Sequence record: OR352947.1 | Direction: 5' to 3' (one strand) | Origin: Escherichia phage AV117 | Length of the DNA: 64,000 nt | Shown here: positions 37,129 to 46,193 of the stretch, in pieces | How the letters are laid out: the number at the start of each line of letters is the position of its first letter | How positions within the stretch are numbered: the stretch's first letter is position 1 | Notes under the pieces: generated by a model | Told to the model about the DNA's origin: nothing | What the model saw: only the letters and a program-made list of their open reading frames with translations | Databases searched by the model: none | Program-made: the position numbers and the translations under genes

Positions 37129-37437
37129 TCAATTAGAAAATAAATTTATCCAAGATTTTTCTTTAATCAAAAATGGGTCGGAATTAAACGCCATTAAACT
37201 TTGAGTGATTAATCCCTTAAATGGCCCATCAATAAATTCCATTTTGAAATGCGGAATACTAGTCATCAACCGTGCATTAGGAGCAGTACAAAGAACCTGC
37301 TGCCCTGCGAACGGACCTTTAGTCAAACGATATCGTTTAGGTTTAAAATGGTAAATCTCGTAATTTTCTACAAGAGCCCTTTTATTGCATACTTGGCTGT
37401 TATAACAATACTCAAAAACTTCAATAGTGGTCATCAT
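37129..37437 (-). CDS. hypothetical protein
   Basis: start set at ATG overlapping upstream stop. Confidence 0.45.
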   Translation of the reverse strand: MMTTIEVFEYCYNSQVCNKRALVENYEIYHFKPKRYRLTKGPFAGQQVLCTAPNARLMTSIPHFKMEFIDGPFKGLITQSLMAFNSDPFLIKEKSWINLFSN

Positions 37438-37973
37438 TGCATTCCAATCACAAAAAATTGAGGACGAGCAATACCGCCGATGCAATATTTACTTTTGCAG
37501 CAGTGCTGTACTGTTTTAATATGGACATTGTAAATCTTATCCATATCAGGAGCTTTAATAGGCTCATCAATTATATACAGAATACGAGAAAGCGTTAATC
37601 CACGGAATTTAGAACCTTCATTGCCAATAAAACTACGGACAGAATCAGTAAATAAACGGAATCGAATATCGTCGCTAGAATAACGTGAAAATTCTTTTTC
37701 AATGTTGCCAGCAGAAATTTTAGCATAAGCTGAAGTATTAGAAAGAACAATAACTGTTCCACCGTCATACAGCCAATTAGCAGCAAAGTTAGTCACAGCA
37801 ATTGATTTACCTGATTGTCTGCCACCGTCTAAACGAAGTGTACAGTACTGCTTGAGTACGTCTTCAAATGGTGGGACATAACCGTTCTTACAAATTTCTT
37901 CTACTCTAGCATCAGAATGGTGTGTAAAAGCATTCATCAGGGATAGATAAGGTCCAGTTAAAAATGTTCTCAT
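37434..37973 (-). CDS. hypothetical P-loop protein
   Basis: start at ATG 37973 (MRTFLTG); Walker-A-like GGRQSGKS. Confidence 0.5.
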   Translation of the reverse strand: MRTFLTGPYLSLMNAFTHHSDARVEEICKNGYVPPFEDVLKQYCTLRLDGGRQSGKSIAVTNFAANWLYDGGTVIVLSNTSAYAKISAGNIEKEFSRYSSDDIRFRLFTDSVRSFIGNEGSKFRGLTLSRILYIIDEPIKAPDMDKIYNVHIKTVQHCCKSKYCIGGIARPQFFVIGMQ

Positions 37974-38246
37974 ATTATTTCTCTTAAGGTTTGGGCCATT
38001 CCGTGGCACATGAATTGTCCATTTCTGTATTTACCCATTACCGCACTTGGGCTCGACCTTATTACAGGTTGGCGGGAATCCCTCATAGAATCATGAGGTC
38101 CAGGTTGTTCCCATGTTATTTGAATGTAAATATTTTTGCCGTAATACTTATACTAGTGTGGCTTCATTAAAATTTTTTCATCGAGTCATTTCACCTCTCC
38201 AAGTAATTATGAATATACTATCACAATTTTAGGAGAAAGTAAACTG

Positions 38247-38549
38247 TTATTTACCTTTAATTACTTTAGCTGCTTCGATAGCCGCTTGCTGAAGGTCATC
38301 CATAGACATACCGAATTTAGAAGCAAAGTTATCAATTTTCCTTTCGACAGCATTCAAAGGCTTGGCCTGTTTACCTTCATTAGCGCCAGGAAGAGCGAGA
38401 ATACGCTCTTTGTCAATATAAAGGCTTACAAGTTTCTTACGGTCTTTATCGGACAAATCATGAAATGAATGGGCCTTTTTATTTATAGCGGCTTCTAATT
38501 TACCTGCACTCACTCGCGCTTCAGTAATAAATTCTTGATATGTTTTCAT
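38247..38549 (-). CDS. internal (capsid-packaged) protein with CTS
   Basis: 100 aa; N-terminal MKTYQEFITEA capsid-targeting sequence characteristic of T4 IP proteins. Confidence 0.7.
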   Translation of the reverse strand: MKTYQEFITEARVSAGKLEAAINKKAHSFHDLSDKDRKKLVSLYIDKERILALPGANEGKQAKPLNAVERKIDNFASKFGMSMDDLQQAAIEAAKVIKGK

Positions 38550-38575
38550 TTTTGTTCCTATTGGTTTAATTTATG

Positions 38576-38890
38576 TTATTCTTTAGGGAAGTTTTTAGAG
38601 TATGCATCATAAAGTTTATTACCGATGCGACGGAAGACTTTAGCTGCAAAACGGTTTTCAGGGTTTTTAATCATGATTTGCATCATGTAAGTTCCTGCAT
38701 CCGAAAGAGCTTCTTCATAGTACCCATTAATTTCTTTAAGGGTTCTACGTTTACCACCAGGTCCATCAACAGTAATTTTCCATTTACCTGTAGAAGTGCG
38801 GCTCGGTGGTTCAACTTGTTCAATCCAAATATAACCGCCTTCAACGCGTTGGTTGGCGGATTCTGCAATAAATTCTTTATACGTTTTCAT
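38576..38890 (-). CDS. internal (capsid-packaged) protein with CTS
   Basis: 104 aa; N-terminal MKTYKEFIAESA. Confidence 0.7.
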   Translation of the reverse strand: MKTYKEFIAESANQRVEGGYIWIEQVEPPSRTSTGKWKITVDGPGGKRRTLKEINGYYEEALSDAGTYMMQIMIKNPENRFAAKVFRRIGNKLYDAYSKNFPKE

Positions 38891-38953
38891 TTTTGTTTCC
38901 TTGTTTGTTTTGATAGAGTAATTATACCATATTAATACTTAAGCGTAAACAAT

Positions 38954-39214
38954 TTAAGCTTTACCGCCAGAAATAATTCCGAAGTTGTTAAAATCGTATC
39001 CAATATCGTCAACATCTACTTTAGGGCTTGCTACAACATAAGCAATTTCACTACGTTTTGCATAGGTGTTGATTTCTTTACCATCGTCACCTAAGAAAGA
39101 ATACCCATTACGTTTTAATGAGCCAAAGTCTTCCGCATCACCAATGAAAGCTTTAACTTTAAATTTAGGACCTTTGGCATCTGCGTCAATGATAAATTCT
39201 TGATACATTTTCAT
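38954..39214 (-). CDS. internal (capsid-packaged) protein with CTS
   Basis: 86 aa; N-terminal MKMYQEFIIDA. Confidence 0.65.
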   Translation of the reverse strand: MKMYQEFIIDADAKGPKFKVKAFIGDAEDFGSLKRNGYSFLGDDGKEINTYAKRSEIAYVVASPKVDVDDIGYDFNNFGIISGGKA

Positions 39215-39220
39215 TTTTCC

Positions 39221-39634
39221 TTAGTAAATTGATTTACCATAGTATTTGTACCAAGTCGGACGTTGAGCAATTTTTTCATCTAAGCGTGCTTGACTTATCG
39301 CAATGGACGCTTCGGACGGGACATAATTATTACGAAATTCGGCAGGGATGTCGGAAATATCCTGGACTGTCGTGTCCTTGATTTTGAAACCACGTTTCAA
39401 ACATTCAGCGATTAGCTCGATTTGTCGTAAACGTAAAAATTCGAGTTTGTCGTAAAAGAATGTTACGTGACCTGTGCCTAAGATAAATGTTGGAGAGATT
39501 TTAAAATCCTTTACACGTTTACCGTTTTGAACATGTTTACGGACTGCACCAAATACGCGTGGTAATTCACGATACTCAGCCATAAGATGTTGGTCGGTCA
39601 GTTCAGAAACAAGTGTTAAATTGATACGAGTCAT
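39221..39634 (-). CDS. denV: endonuclease V (pyrimidine dimer DNA glycosylase) DenV
   Basis: 138 aa from [35 protein letters not shown]; near-identical to T4 DenV. Confidence 0.95.
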   Translation of the reverse strand: MTRINLTLVSELTDQHLMAEYRELPRVFGAVRKHVQNGKRVKDFKISPTFILGTGHVTFFYDKLEFLRLRQIELIAECLKRGFKIKDTTVQDISDIPAEFRNNYVPSEASIAISQARLDEKIAQRPTWYKYYGKSIY

Positions 39635-39661
39635 AATTTCCTCCAAGTAGTTGATGAATGT

Positions 39662-39691
39662 ATAGTATCAAAACCCTTGGAGGAAGTAAAC
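39662..39691 (-). promoter_or_regulatory. early-type promoter (denV)
   Basis: minus-strand GTTTAC-N18-TACTAT. Confidence 0.5.
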
Positions 39692-39692
39692 A

Positions 39693-39974
39693 CTATTTTT
39701 CTGAAGCGCCCGAAATATATTTTTCAAGACGTTGTTTCATCAGCGAGCCGTTCTTAGCGATTTCTTCCGGTTTATCGCACATGCGCAACAAGGCTTCAAG
39801 CTTAACGATATCACTGGTACGTTCAAATTTGCGAGTATCTATCTTACTAGCAAGTTCAGAAATACGTGCTAATAGACTTTCAGCTTCAACCAAAGCTGCA
39901 CCTAGCTTAGTCGCAAATGTGTCAGTAGCTTCGTTAAGAATAGATTCTGATAAAAATTCACTATATGTTTTCAT
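39693..39974 (-). CDS. internal (capsid-packaged) protein with CTS
   Basis: start at ATG 39974 giving [11 protein letters not shown]; ATGA overlap with lysozyme stop. Confidence 0.65.
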   Translation of the reverse strand: MKTYSEFLSESILNEATDTFATKLGAALVEAESLLARISELASKIDTRKFERTSDIVKLEALLRMCDKPEEIAKNGSLMKQRLEKYISGASEK

Positions 39975-40459
39975 ATATACGCTTTCCAAGTTCCTGTTTT
40001 AAATGTTGAGATTACGCGTTTCGCTCGATTAGGTGTCTGACGATACCATTTAGATTGGGCTAGATTTACTGCCGCTTCATCCCAACGTTTCTGTTGAAGC
40101 ATACGAAGAGAATTAGTAAAACCAGCGACGCCTGCTACACCCATTTGGAAGACCATATTGACCAATGCACATCGACGAACTGCATCTAAAGAATCATATA
40201 CCGGTTTAAGTTTAGCATTACCCAAGATTCCGCGAACAGCTTTATCAACGTCTTCATTAAATAACTTTTCAGCCTCATCAAGGGTAATTGTACCGTTGCA
40301 TTTACGTCCGATCATTCTGTCAAGTTCAGCTTTAGCTACGGTTAAAGACGGGTTCTTTGTTACTAAATGACCTATGCCAATCGTCCAAAAGCCTTCAGTG
40401 TCTTTGTATAAAGACAGTCTAAGACCTTCGTCATTACGAAGCATTTCAAATATATTCAT
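39971..40459 (-). CDS. e: lysozyme (endolysin) e
   Basis: [31 protein letters not shown] with catalytic E11/D20/T26 context; T4 lysozyme homolog. Confidence 0.95.
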   Translation of the reverse strand: MNIFEMLRNDEGLRLSLYKDTEGFWTIGIGHLVTKNPSLTVAKAELDRMIGRKCNGTITLDEAEKLFNEDVDKAVRGILGNAKLKPVYDSLDAVRRCALVNMVFQMGVAGVAGFTNSLRMLQQKRWDEAAVNLAQSKWYRQTPNRAKRVISTFKTGTWKAYI

Positions 40460-40493
40460 AATACCTCCCACGTTTATAGGAGGTATTTATTAC

Positions 40494-40967
40494 TTATAGG
40501 ATGGTAGTGAGCACCTTATATAATGATTTGCCCATTACATATTCCCATTGAGAAGGTTTAATTAAAGCGAATGCATCAAATTCAGGAATCTGTCGTCCGT
40601 CTTGGAACGTATGATAGGAATTACAAACACTGTTTCTGAATTGCTCGTGCTCTACAGGGATGGTATATAGGAACAGATGAATATTCTTATTGTCTGAGTA
40701 ACGATGTTCACCTAGGTCTTTCAGGAAGGCAGGGTCATATTGTGTAAACCCAGTTTCTTCTTCGCATTCACGAATAGCGGCTTCGATAGGAGATTCACCT
40801 GGCTCGACACGGCCTTTAGGAATATCCCACCGATGAGCTAAAGAACCTTTAGGACGAGAACCAGTTACACGCCCCATGAATAATTCTTTATCTTCGGTAA
40901 GGAAAATAATACCGGCTGATAGTTCTTTCACTTTATTTTTCTTACTCATCATCTCAAATTCCTGCAT
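40494..40967 (-). CDS. nudE: Nudix hydrolase NudE
   Basis: Nudix box GRVEPGESPIEAAIRECEEETG; true start may be an internal ATG (MSKK). Confidence 0.88.
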   Translation of the reverse strand: MQEFEMMSKKNKVKELSAGIIFLTEDKELFMGRVTGSRPKGSLAHRWDIPKGRVEPGESPIEAAIRECEEETGFTQYDPAFLKDLGEHRYSDNKNIHLFLYTIPVEHEQFRNSVCNSYHTFQDGRQIPEFDAFALIKPSQWEYVMGKSLYKVLTTIL

Positions 40968-41440
40968 TCGGTAATAAAACGTTCAACTTCATTATTCTTG
41001 GCCTTTATCTTGTCTTTACGTTCCTGTAAACTACTTTTAACAAGATTAATAATGATGGCGGCGGTACCGCCGCCAATGATGCCACCAACAACACTTATGA
41101 TACTAGATGCTAATAAGATAGCAATAATATCAACAAAACCGAAAGAACTCACCTTAGTACTGAAAAACCATATAGATGGTACAAATATAATCCATCCTGT
41201 TATCCATTGGCACTTATTGAAAAACCTTTCAAGCTCAGCTTGAGTTGTTCGTATTACTTCATCGATAGGTTGATATCCATTAATGTATCTGTTCACGATA
41301 ATACCTGCTGGCTGGTCGATTTTAAATTCTTGGCAAATATGTTTCACTAAGTAGGATGGACAGGATGTCCAATCTACTGAATAGTATGAAATACCTTCAT
41401 TGCCATCGTCTATATTAGACCAATATGTTTTGTTAATCAT
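40949..41440 (-). CDS. hypothetical membrane protein (C-terminal ERFITECR motif)
   Basis: 163 aa; hydrophobic core, Gly-rich TM, C-terminus carries motif overlapping downstream RBS. Confidence 0.5.
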   Translation of the reverse strand: MINKTYWSNIDDGNEGISYYSVDWTSCPSYLVKHICQEFKIDQPAGIIVNRYINGYQPIDEVIRTTQAELERFFNKCQWITGWIIFVPSIWFFSTKVSSFGFVDIIAILLASSIISVVGGIIGGGTAAIIINLVKSSLQERKDKIKAKNNEVERFITECRNLR

Positions 41441-42126
41441 TACCAGCCTTCCATAGGGAATTCCAGATAAACTTGAGCATTGACACGAATTTCATTGGTA
41501 ATCTTTTTAACTCGGTCTGTATTACGAGATACACGTCCGAACCAACGCCATCCATTACTAATTGCACGAGAACCAGTGTGCCATGTTTGCCAATCAAACT
41601 GAAGAAGAGTACGATCTGGAGCTTCCCATTTCTCTAGTTCACCTTTTTCGATTTTTTCGAGGACTTCTTTGTGCCACTGGCGATAGATAAGTTCGCCATC
41701 AGGAATCTGACTGAACTCTGCAGTTCCTGTTGCAAAATGAGTAGGACACACATCAGCGTTAACAAGACCAAGAATATGTTCAGAATGGTAACGAGGGTTG
41801 TCATAGTCAGGTTGTCCTGCAGTAATAAAGTGTTGACCAACTGGAATATCAGGGCGTGGTACGTCATCATGGTGATAGCCTGGGATTGCAGGATACCAAC
41901 CAGGCATCAGCATGTGGACTCGTGAATCAAATACAACCTGGTCGGTGTTCCAATCATCCGGCAAGTTCATAATGAAAGAGCGAGTAATAGGACCGCCATT
42001 ATTATAAGCAAATTCTAAACTACAGTTGAAGAACATAGGCTCGTTCTTGATTTTATCATTAGAAATACCGCCAGCAAAACCACCTACTGCACGAGCTTGA
42101 CTATTAAACACTTTAGAACTATTCAT
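41440..42126 (-). CDS. hypothetical protein
   Basis: 228 aa; His-rich GYHHDD...H segment (possible metal site, unverified). Confidence 0.5.
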   Translation of the reverse strand: MNSSKVFNSQARAVGGFAGGISNDKIKNEPMFFNCSLEFAYNNGGPITRSFIMNLPDDWNTDQVVFDSRVHMLMPGWYPAIPGYHHDDVPRPDIPVGQHFITAGQPDYDNPRYHSEHILGLVNADVCPTHFATGTAEFSQIPDGELIYRQWHKEVLEKIEKGELEKWEAPDRTLLQFDWQTWHTGSRAISNGWRWFGRVSRNTDRVKKITNEIRVNAQVYLEFPMEGW

Positions 42127-42127
42127 A

Positions 42128-42433
42128 TTATTTTCCTCGACATTCTTTAATGAAATTTTCTAGATTGGTAGATTCAATAGCTTTTTTACGAGCTTCTGCG
42201 TGTTCTTCTTCGGACAATTTACGTTTATAATTGACCCAGACATTATGGTCGAAACCAGTCGTGGCATATAATAACAATGCTCCAACGAATAGCAAAAACG
42301 GCGATAAGAATACAAAACCAGGAACACCATCCATATCGTAAGCCTTTTGTAATACTGCAACAGAAAGAGCTACGTAAAAAGGTGATGCAAGTATTGTTAA
42401 AAGACCAATTCGGTTGGTTTCTGTTAATTTCAT
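42128..42433 (-). CDS. hypothetical membrane protein (C-terminal ENFIKECR motif)
   Basis: 101 aa; two TM segments; C-terminal ENFIKECRGK. Confidence 0.5.
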   Translation of the reverse strand: MKLTETNRIGLLTILASPFYVALSVAVLQKAYDMDGVPGFVFLSPFLLFVGALLLYATTGFDHNVWVNYKRKLSEEEHAEARKKAIESTNLENFIKECRGK

Positions 42434-42459
42434 AATATTCTCCTCAAGTTGATAGGACT

Positions 42460-42487
42460 ACTATAACATAGCCCTATCAGTTTGTAC
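42460..42487 (-). promoter_or_regulatory. early-type promoter with palindrome
   Basis: GATAGGACTA-ctataacat-AGCCCTATC around -10; variant -35. Confidence 0.45.
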
Positions 42488-42489
42488 AC

Positions 42490-42690
42490 TTATTTTGACA
42501 TTTCTTCGATGTCACGACGATACCCATCACGAACTTCACGAAGAGCTTCAAGGCCACACATAGGCTCGATACCAGTAATGTGAACTTGATTAATCTGATA
42601 CTCTACATCTTCTAACTGAGCGAAAACATAACGACGTTCTGCTGCACAACCAGGTTTAGCTTTACCGAAACGTTTATTCAAAGTAGTCAT
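42490..42690 (-). CDS. hypothetical protein
   Basis: start set at ATG 42690 (MTTLNKRF) downstream of promoter. Confidence 0.4.
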   Translation of the reverse strand: MTTLNKRFGKAKPGCAAERRYVFAQLEDVEYQINQVHITGIEPMCGLEALREVRDGYRRDIEEMSK

Positions 42691-42728
42691 TTTTATATCT
42701 CCATTCACTCATTTGTTTTGATAGGTCT

Positions 42729-42758
42729 ATAGTATCAACAACTACAGACCTTGTAAAC
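42729..42758 (-). promoter_or_regulatory. early-type promoter
   Basis: minus-strand GTTTAC-N18-TACTAT; AGGTCT/AGACCT inverted repeat. Confidence 0.5.
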
Positions 42759-42771
42759 AGTTTTTGCGAAA

Positions 42772-43728
42772 TTATTTGAAAGGTTTTACCATATGAAAGT
42801 TTTGTTTGAAACGCTTGACGTAATCGTCATGTCCTAAGCTTTGGTACATACTTACTACTTTGCTATAATTTTCCCAAGCGAACTCACGGAACCAACCGGA
42901 GGTGATGCTTGTGCAGACTTTTTCTAATGCCATCATGAAACTGGCTTCAGGGTTAATTTCAAAGTTATTAGGAATCTGAGAACGTTCTAACGCTAGTACA
43001 CATGATTCTTCGTATACACCGGCCAATTTGACCATTTCTGGTAACGATTCGAACTTCTCGCGTGAGGTCATGACTTCAGAACCGTCTTTCATGTAAAACG
43101 TATATGCTGGACGGTCTGTTAGTGCAATGGCTTCATGAATAGTATCATGGTCATATGTATAGATATCATCTTTAAAGAACGCACTTTTAGAAGTGTCAAG
43201 AACTGGGTGAGCATAGTTCAAGGTTTCTTTCTGGCGTTTCAGCATAATTTCAGTAAGTTCATCGTTCAGTATAACACCTTTACCACGAAGATACTGAATA
43301 TGGTTCATAGTCTTTAAAAAGAATGGATTATTTTTCTTGAAACGATGAGACATCTTAATTGCAAGGCACATCTCAGGAGTTGCCCAGTAAAACCCGTTCA
43401 AACGGTCTTTAGTCAAATTTTTCTTGGCGTATTTTAAAAGGTCATAAGAAGACGTGAAATCTTCAGGAGTGAGTTCACCGACCAATTCACGGACATTAGT
43501 GATTGCCGGAACAATATATGCTTCAAAATGAGTTTCGCGTCCATTATGGAAGCATTTGAAAACTTGGACATCAGGGTTATCTTGATGAACATATACACCC
43601 ATCATTTGATTTTTAAATGCATTCCAAGAACTTTGGTCTGCAATAAAGTCCCAATCACTATTTTTGATAGCGTTAGAATCAATAAGACCGTGATAGTGAA
43701 GTGCACGAGAACCAATAACTAACATCAT
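42772..43728 (-). CDS. hypothetical protein with weak nucleotidyltransferase-like N-terminus
   Basis: 318 aa; IGSRALHYHG...SDWDF loosely fits GS...DxD. Confidence 0.45.
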   Translation of the reverse strand: MMLVIGSRALHYHGLIDSNAIKNSDWDFIADQSSWNAFKNQMMGVYVHQDNPDVQVFKCFHNGRETHFEAYIVPAITNVRELVGELTPEDFTSSYDLLKYAKKNLTKDRLNGFYWATPEMCLAIKMSHRFKKNNPFFLKTMNHIQYLRGKGVILNDELTEIMLKRQKETLNYAHPVLDTSKSAFFKDDIYTYDHDTIHEAIALTDRPAYTFYMKDGSEVMTSREKFESLPEMVKLAGVYEESCVLALERSQIPNNFEINPEASFMMALEKVCTSITSGWFREFAWENYSKVVSMYQSLGHDDYVKRFKQNFHMVKPFK

Positions 43729-43752
43729 AATATTTTCCTCGGATTAATTAAC

Positions 43753-43992
43753 TTAAATTTCACGACATGCGATATTATATTCATCCCAGAGGTCATCGTG
43801 TGAAGCCTCTACCAATGGAACGATTGTACCATTTATATCTTCATTATAAGGGCAAATTGTACAATGTGCATCTTCGAATCGGATGCCTTTGTGTTCAGAT
43901 TTTTTATAACGCATATCGAATATCTTTGCAAACTTTTCACGAGTAATGGTTTTAGCAACCACTTCGGTTCCAACACTTTCATAATAAATCAT
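43753..43992 (-). CDS. hypothetical protein
   Basis: start set at ATG 43992; C-terminal NIACREI. Confidence 0.45.
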   Translation of the reverse strand: MIYYESVGTEVVAKTITREKFAKIFDMRYKKSEHKGIRFEDAHCTICPYNEDINGTIVPLVEASHDDLWDEYNIACREI

Positions 43993-44020
43993 TGTGGACT
44001 CCATTTAATTTGATAGGACT

Positions 44021-44050
44021 ACTATAACATAGTCCTATCTTGTTGTAAAC
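44021..44050 (-). promoter_or_regulatory. early-type promoter with perfect palindrome
   Basis: GTTTAC-N18-TATAGT; GATAGGACTA-ctataacat-AGTCCTATC identical to cassette at 50742..50769. Confidence 0.55.
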
Positions 44051-44054
44051 TGTT

Positions 44055-44252
44055 TTAGCAAGAATAACTAGATGATACCCAGCCTTGAACAGTGATACTA
44101 TTGTGGGATAATGAGATCGCGTCCTGGAGATTCAGACCTGCGTTATCTTCAATCCATAACGTAACTTCTTCGCGTTCTTCTGTTGCAATTTGGAACAGGT
44201 TTTCCAGAGCAGCTACTGCCGTACGTACAGCACAATCTAATTCACGAGACAT
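44055..44252 (-). CDS. hypothetical protein, SSxxC-tail family member
   Basis: 65 aa; C-terminal QGWVSSSYSC. Confidence 0.5.
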   Translation of the reverse strand: MSRELDCAVRTAVAALENLFQIATEEREEVTLWIEDNAGLNLQDAISLSHNSITVQGWVSSSYSC

Positions 44253-44261
44253 ATGGTTTCC

Positions 44262-44534
44262 TTAACAAGTGTGAGAAGATGCGATCCAACCACCAGTTTC
44301 GAGGCTCAGGTTGTAGTCGTATTGGTAAACGTCGGCCCATTCAGCATAGCCATTTTTTGTACAACGTTCAAGATCGGCTTTAAGTTGTCCGGGTGAATGA
44401 TAGGTTCCACCCATACCATAAGCTGGACACAAGTCGAATGATGTGTTTTGTTTATCAGCAATTTCTTTGGCAGCCTCAATAGCTGCATAGATTTTTGCTA
44501 CAGCTTCAGCCAGTTCGGTTTGTTCTTTAGACAT
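44262..44534 (-). CDS. hypothetical protein, SSxxC-tail family member
   Basis: 90 aa; C-terminal GGWIASSHTC. Confidence 0.5.
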   Translation of the reverse strand: MSKEQTELAEAVAKIYAAIEAAKEIADKQNTSFDLCPAYGMGGTYHSPGQLKADLERCTKNGYAEWADVYQYDYNLSLETGGWIASSHTC

Positions 44535-44543
44535 AGTGATTCC

Positions 44544-44849
44544 TTAGCACAACGCAGAAGACGAAACCCAAGCACCTTCAGTAATAATGTAACCATTACC
44601 TTCACGCTTAACATCGCCACCATTATTTTCAATTTCATCTTTCATCCACTGGGATACGATTTCACCCTTAGGATAATAAGTACGACCACTACCATAATCA
44701 CCTACAGAAAATGATACGGCATATTGGTCTGCGATCTTTGTTGCTTCTTCTTCGATACGTTCAGCTTGATTCAGAAGTTTATAAATTGCATCTGAAGCGG
44801 ATTTGGCATCATTAAACTCTGGTACTTTAATTTCAATAATCTTACTCAT
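44544..44849 (-). CDS. hypothetical protein, SSxxC-tail family member
   Basis: 101 aa; C-terminal GAWVSSSALC; ATGA overlap with upstream gene. Confidence 0.5.
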   Translation of the reverse strand: MSKIIEIKVPEFNDAKSASDAIYKLLNQAERIEEEATKIADQYAVSFSVGDYGSGRTYYPKGEIVSQWMKDEIENNGGDVKREGNGYIITEGAWVSSSALC

Positions 44850-45205
44850 TTTCTACATTCCTTAATAAAGTTTTCGATTGTTTCATTTTCACGTCTAGCT
44901 AGGAGTTCATTATAACTAATCATTTGAGAAGCGTAAACCTTTTTATTTTTCTTGTTATGGTTTATAAAATCGTAGTAAAAATAGACTACAGTACAAAATG
45001 ATGCGATGGATGCAAAGGCTTGTGTATACCGTAAGTCCTGCCATTGGTCTGTGAATCCGCCAGTGTTCCCTATAAATCCTAACACAACGCCGTCAATAAG
45101 AAATCCAACTAATCCAAAGGCAAATCCCATGCCAATACTCATAATAAAAATTAGAATGTTCTCACCAAGAGAAGGCCATACGGTTAAGAGTTGAGGCTTT
45201 TGCAT
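44846..45205 (-). CDS. hypothetical membrane protein (C-terminal ENFIKECR motif)
   Basis: 119 aa; three hydrophobic segments; C-terminal ENFIKECRK. Confidence 0.5.
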   Translation of the reverse strand: MQKPQLLTVWPSLGENILIFIMSIGMGFAFGLVGFLIDGVVLGFIGNTGGFTDQWQDLRYTQAFASIASFCTVVYFYYDFINHNKKNKKVYASQMISYNELLARRENETIENFIKECRK

Positions 45206-45579
45206 CTTATTTCCTTAACGAATTCCATAGCTTCTTCATATTCATACTTTTTAACAGCTTCATCATACTGAGCTTGGGCTTTTGCGCACTGAACTTTCCA
45301 CTCACGAACTCGAGCTCTGTGATGACGGCCTTGGTGCCAATATCCTGCCCAATTAATAGGCATTAATAAAAACGGTACAATAAGTGGTGCGACGAACATT
45401 AATGAAAACGCTGCATCAGACGATATAACTTTATTGGAATCTAAAACAGCTCCTATAATCATAAAGATTAAAAACGCTAAAGCTAAAATAGGGCCAAATA
45501 GTACTTCATTTGGGATTAATTTACGTTTGTATTCGTATGCCCAGGGCTTAATTGGCATGTACAGGGTTGGCTTTGACAT
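45184..45579 (-). CDS. hypothetical membrane protein
   Basis: start set at ATG 45579; TM segment; C-terminal EFVKEIRCK. Confidence 0.45.
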   Translation of the reverse strand: MSKPTLYMPIKPWAYEYKRKLIPNEVLFGPILALAFLIFMIIGAVLDSNKVISSDAAFSLMFVAPLIVPFLLMPINWAGYWHQGRHHRARVREWKVQCAKAQAQYDEAVKKYEYEEAMEFVKEIRCKSLNS

Positions 45580-46144
45580 ATTCTCTACATTCCATAATAA
45601 ATTGCTCAAGGATTAAATTGTTAGTGAAATTAGGACTAACAACCATGGTTTCATAAAGCGCATCAATAGCACTTAAAGCATCAACTCTTTTAAGCAAAGG
45701 CTTGCCTTCATACATAGTTTCAGAATCGACGATTAACGTAAAGTAATATTTTTTATTATCGACTAGAACTTCAGTATCGATATAAAACATGTTAGACCTT
45801 AAAAGCTTGTCTCTAAAGCCTAAGTAATCATCTGAACGTTCACTGATATAGTCCCATTCAGTGTTTAAACAACAAACAGACCACGTAGGAGCAACGAAAT
45901 CAGTGAATCTAATATCATGGTCTGCAACTAGTTTAGCAATAGCTCCGATATCATGAATCATAATACCTGGGGCTAATAAAGATTTTCGGTTATTTGCATA
46001 TTCAGTTGTCTCATAAGAAGACGACCAGTACCATTTACGTCCAGTTGCAACATATCGTAATGAATCAACTAAAGACGTAGGTGGATTTACCTTATTTCGG
46101 AACTCTTCGAACATTGAGTCAATATCATTATTTTGGTTTCGCAT
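45548..46144 (-). CDS. hypothetical protein
   Basis: start set at ATG 46144; contains EQFIMECRE near C-terminus. Confidence 0.45.
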   Translation of the reverse strand: MRNQNNDIDSMFEEFRNKVNPPTSLVDSLRYVATGRKWYWSSSYETTEYANNRKSLLAPGIMIHDIGAIAKLVADHDIRFTDFVAPTWSVCCLNTEWDYISERSDDYLGFRDKLLRSNMFYIDTEVLVDNKKYYFTLIVDSETMYEGKPLLKRVDALSAIDALYETMVVSPNFTNNLILEQFIMECREYVKANPVHAN

Positions 46145-46159
46145 GTTAACTCCTTTATT

Positions 46160-46185
46160 ATCCAAAAGGAGGACCGGAGTCCTCC
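46160..46185 (-). terminator. candidate terminator hairpin
   Basis: GGAGGAC-N4-GUCCUCC hairpin with U4 (minus) and U-rich tract (plus); possibly bidirectional. Confidence 0.45.
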
Positions 46186-46193
46186 GTATTATT

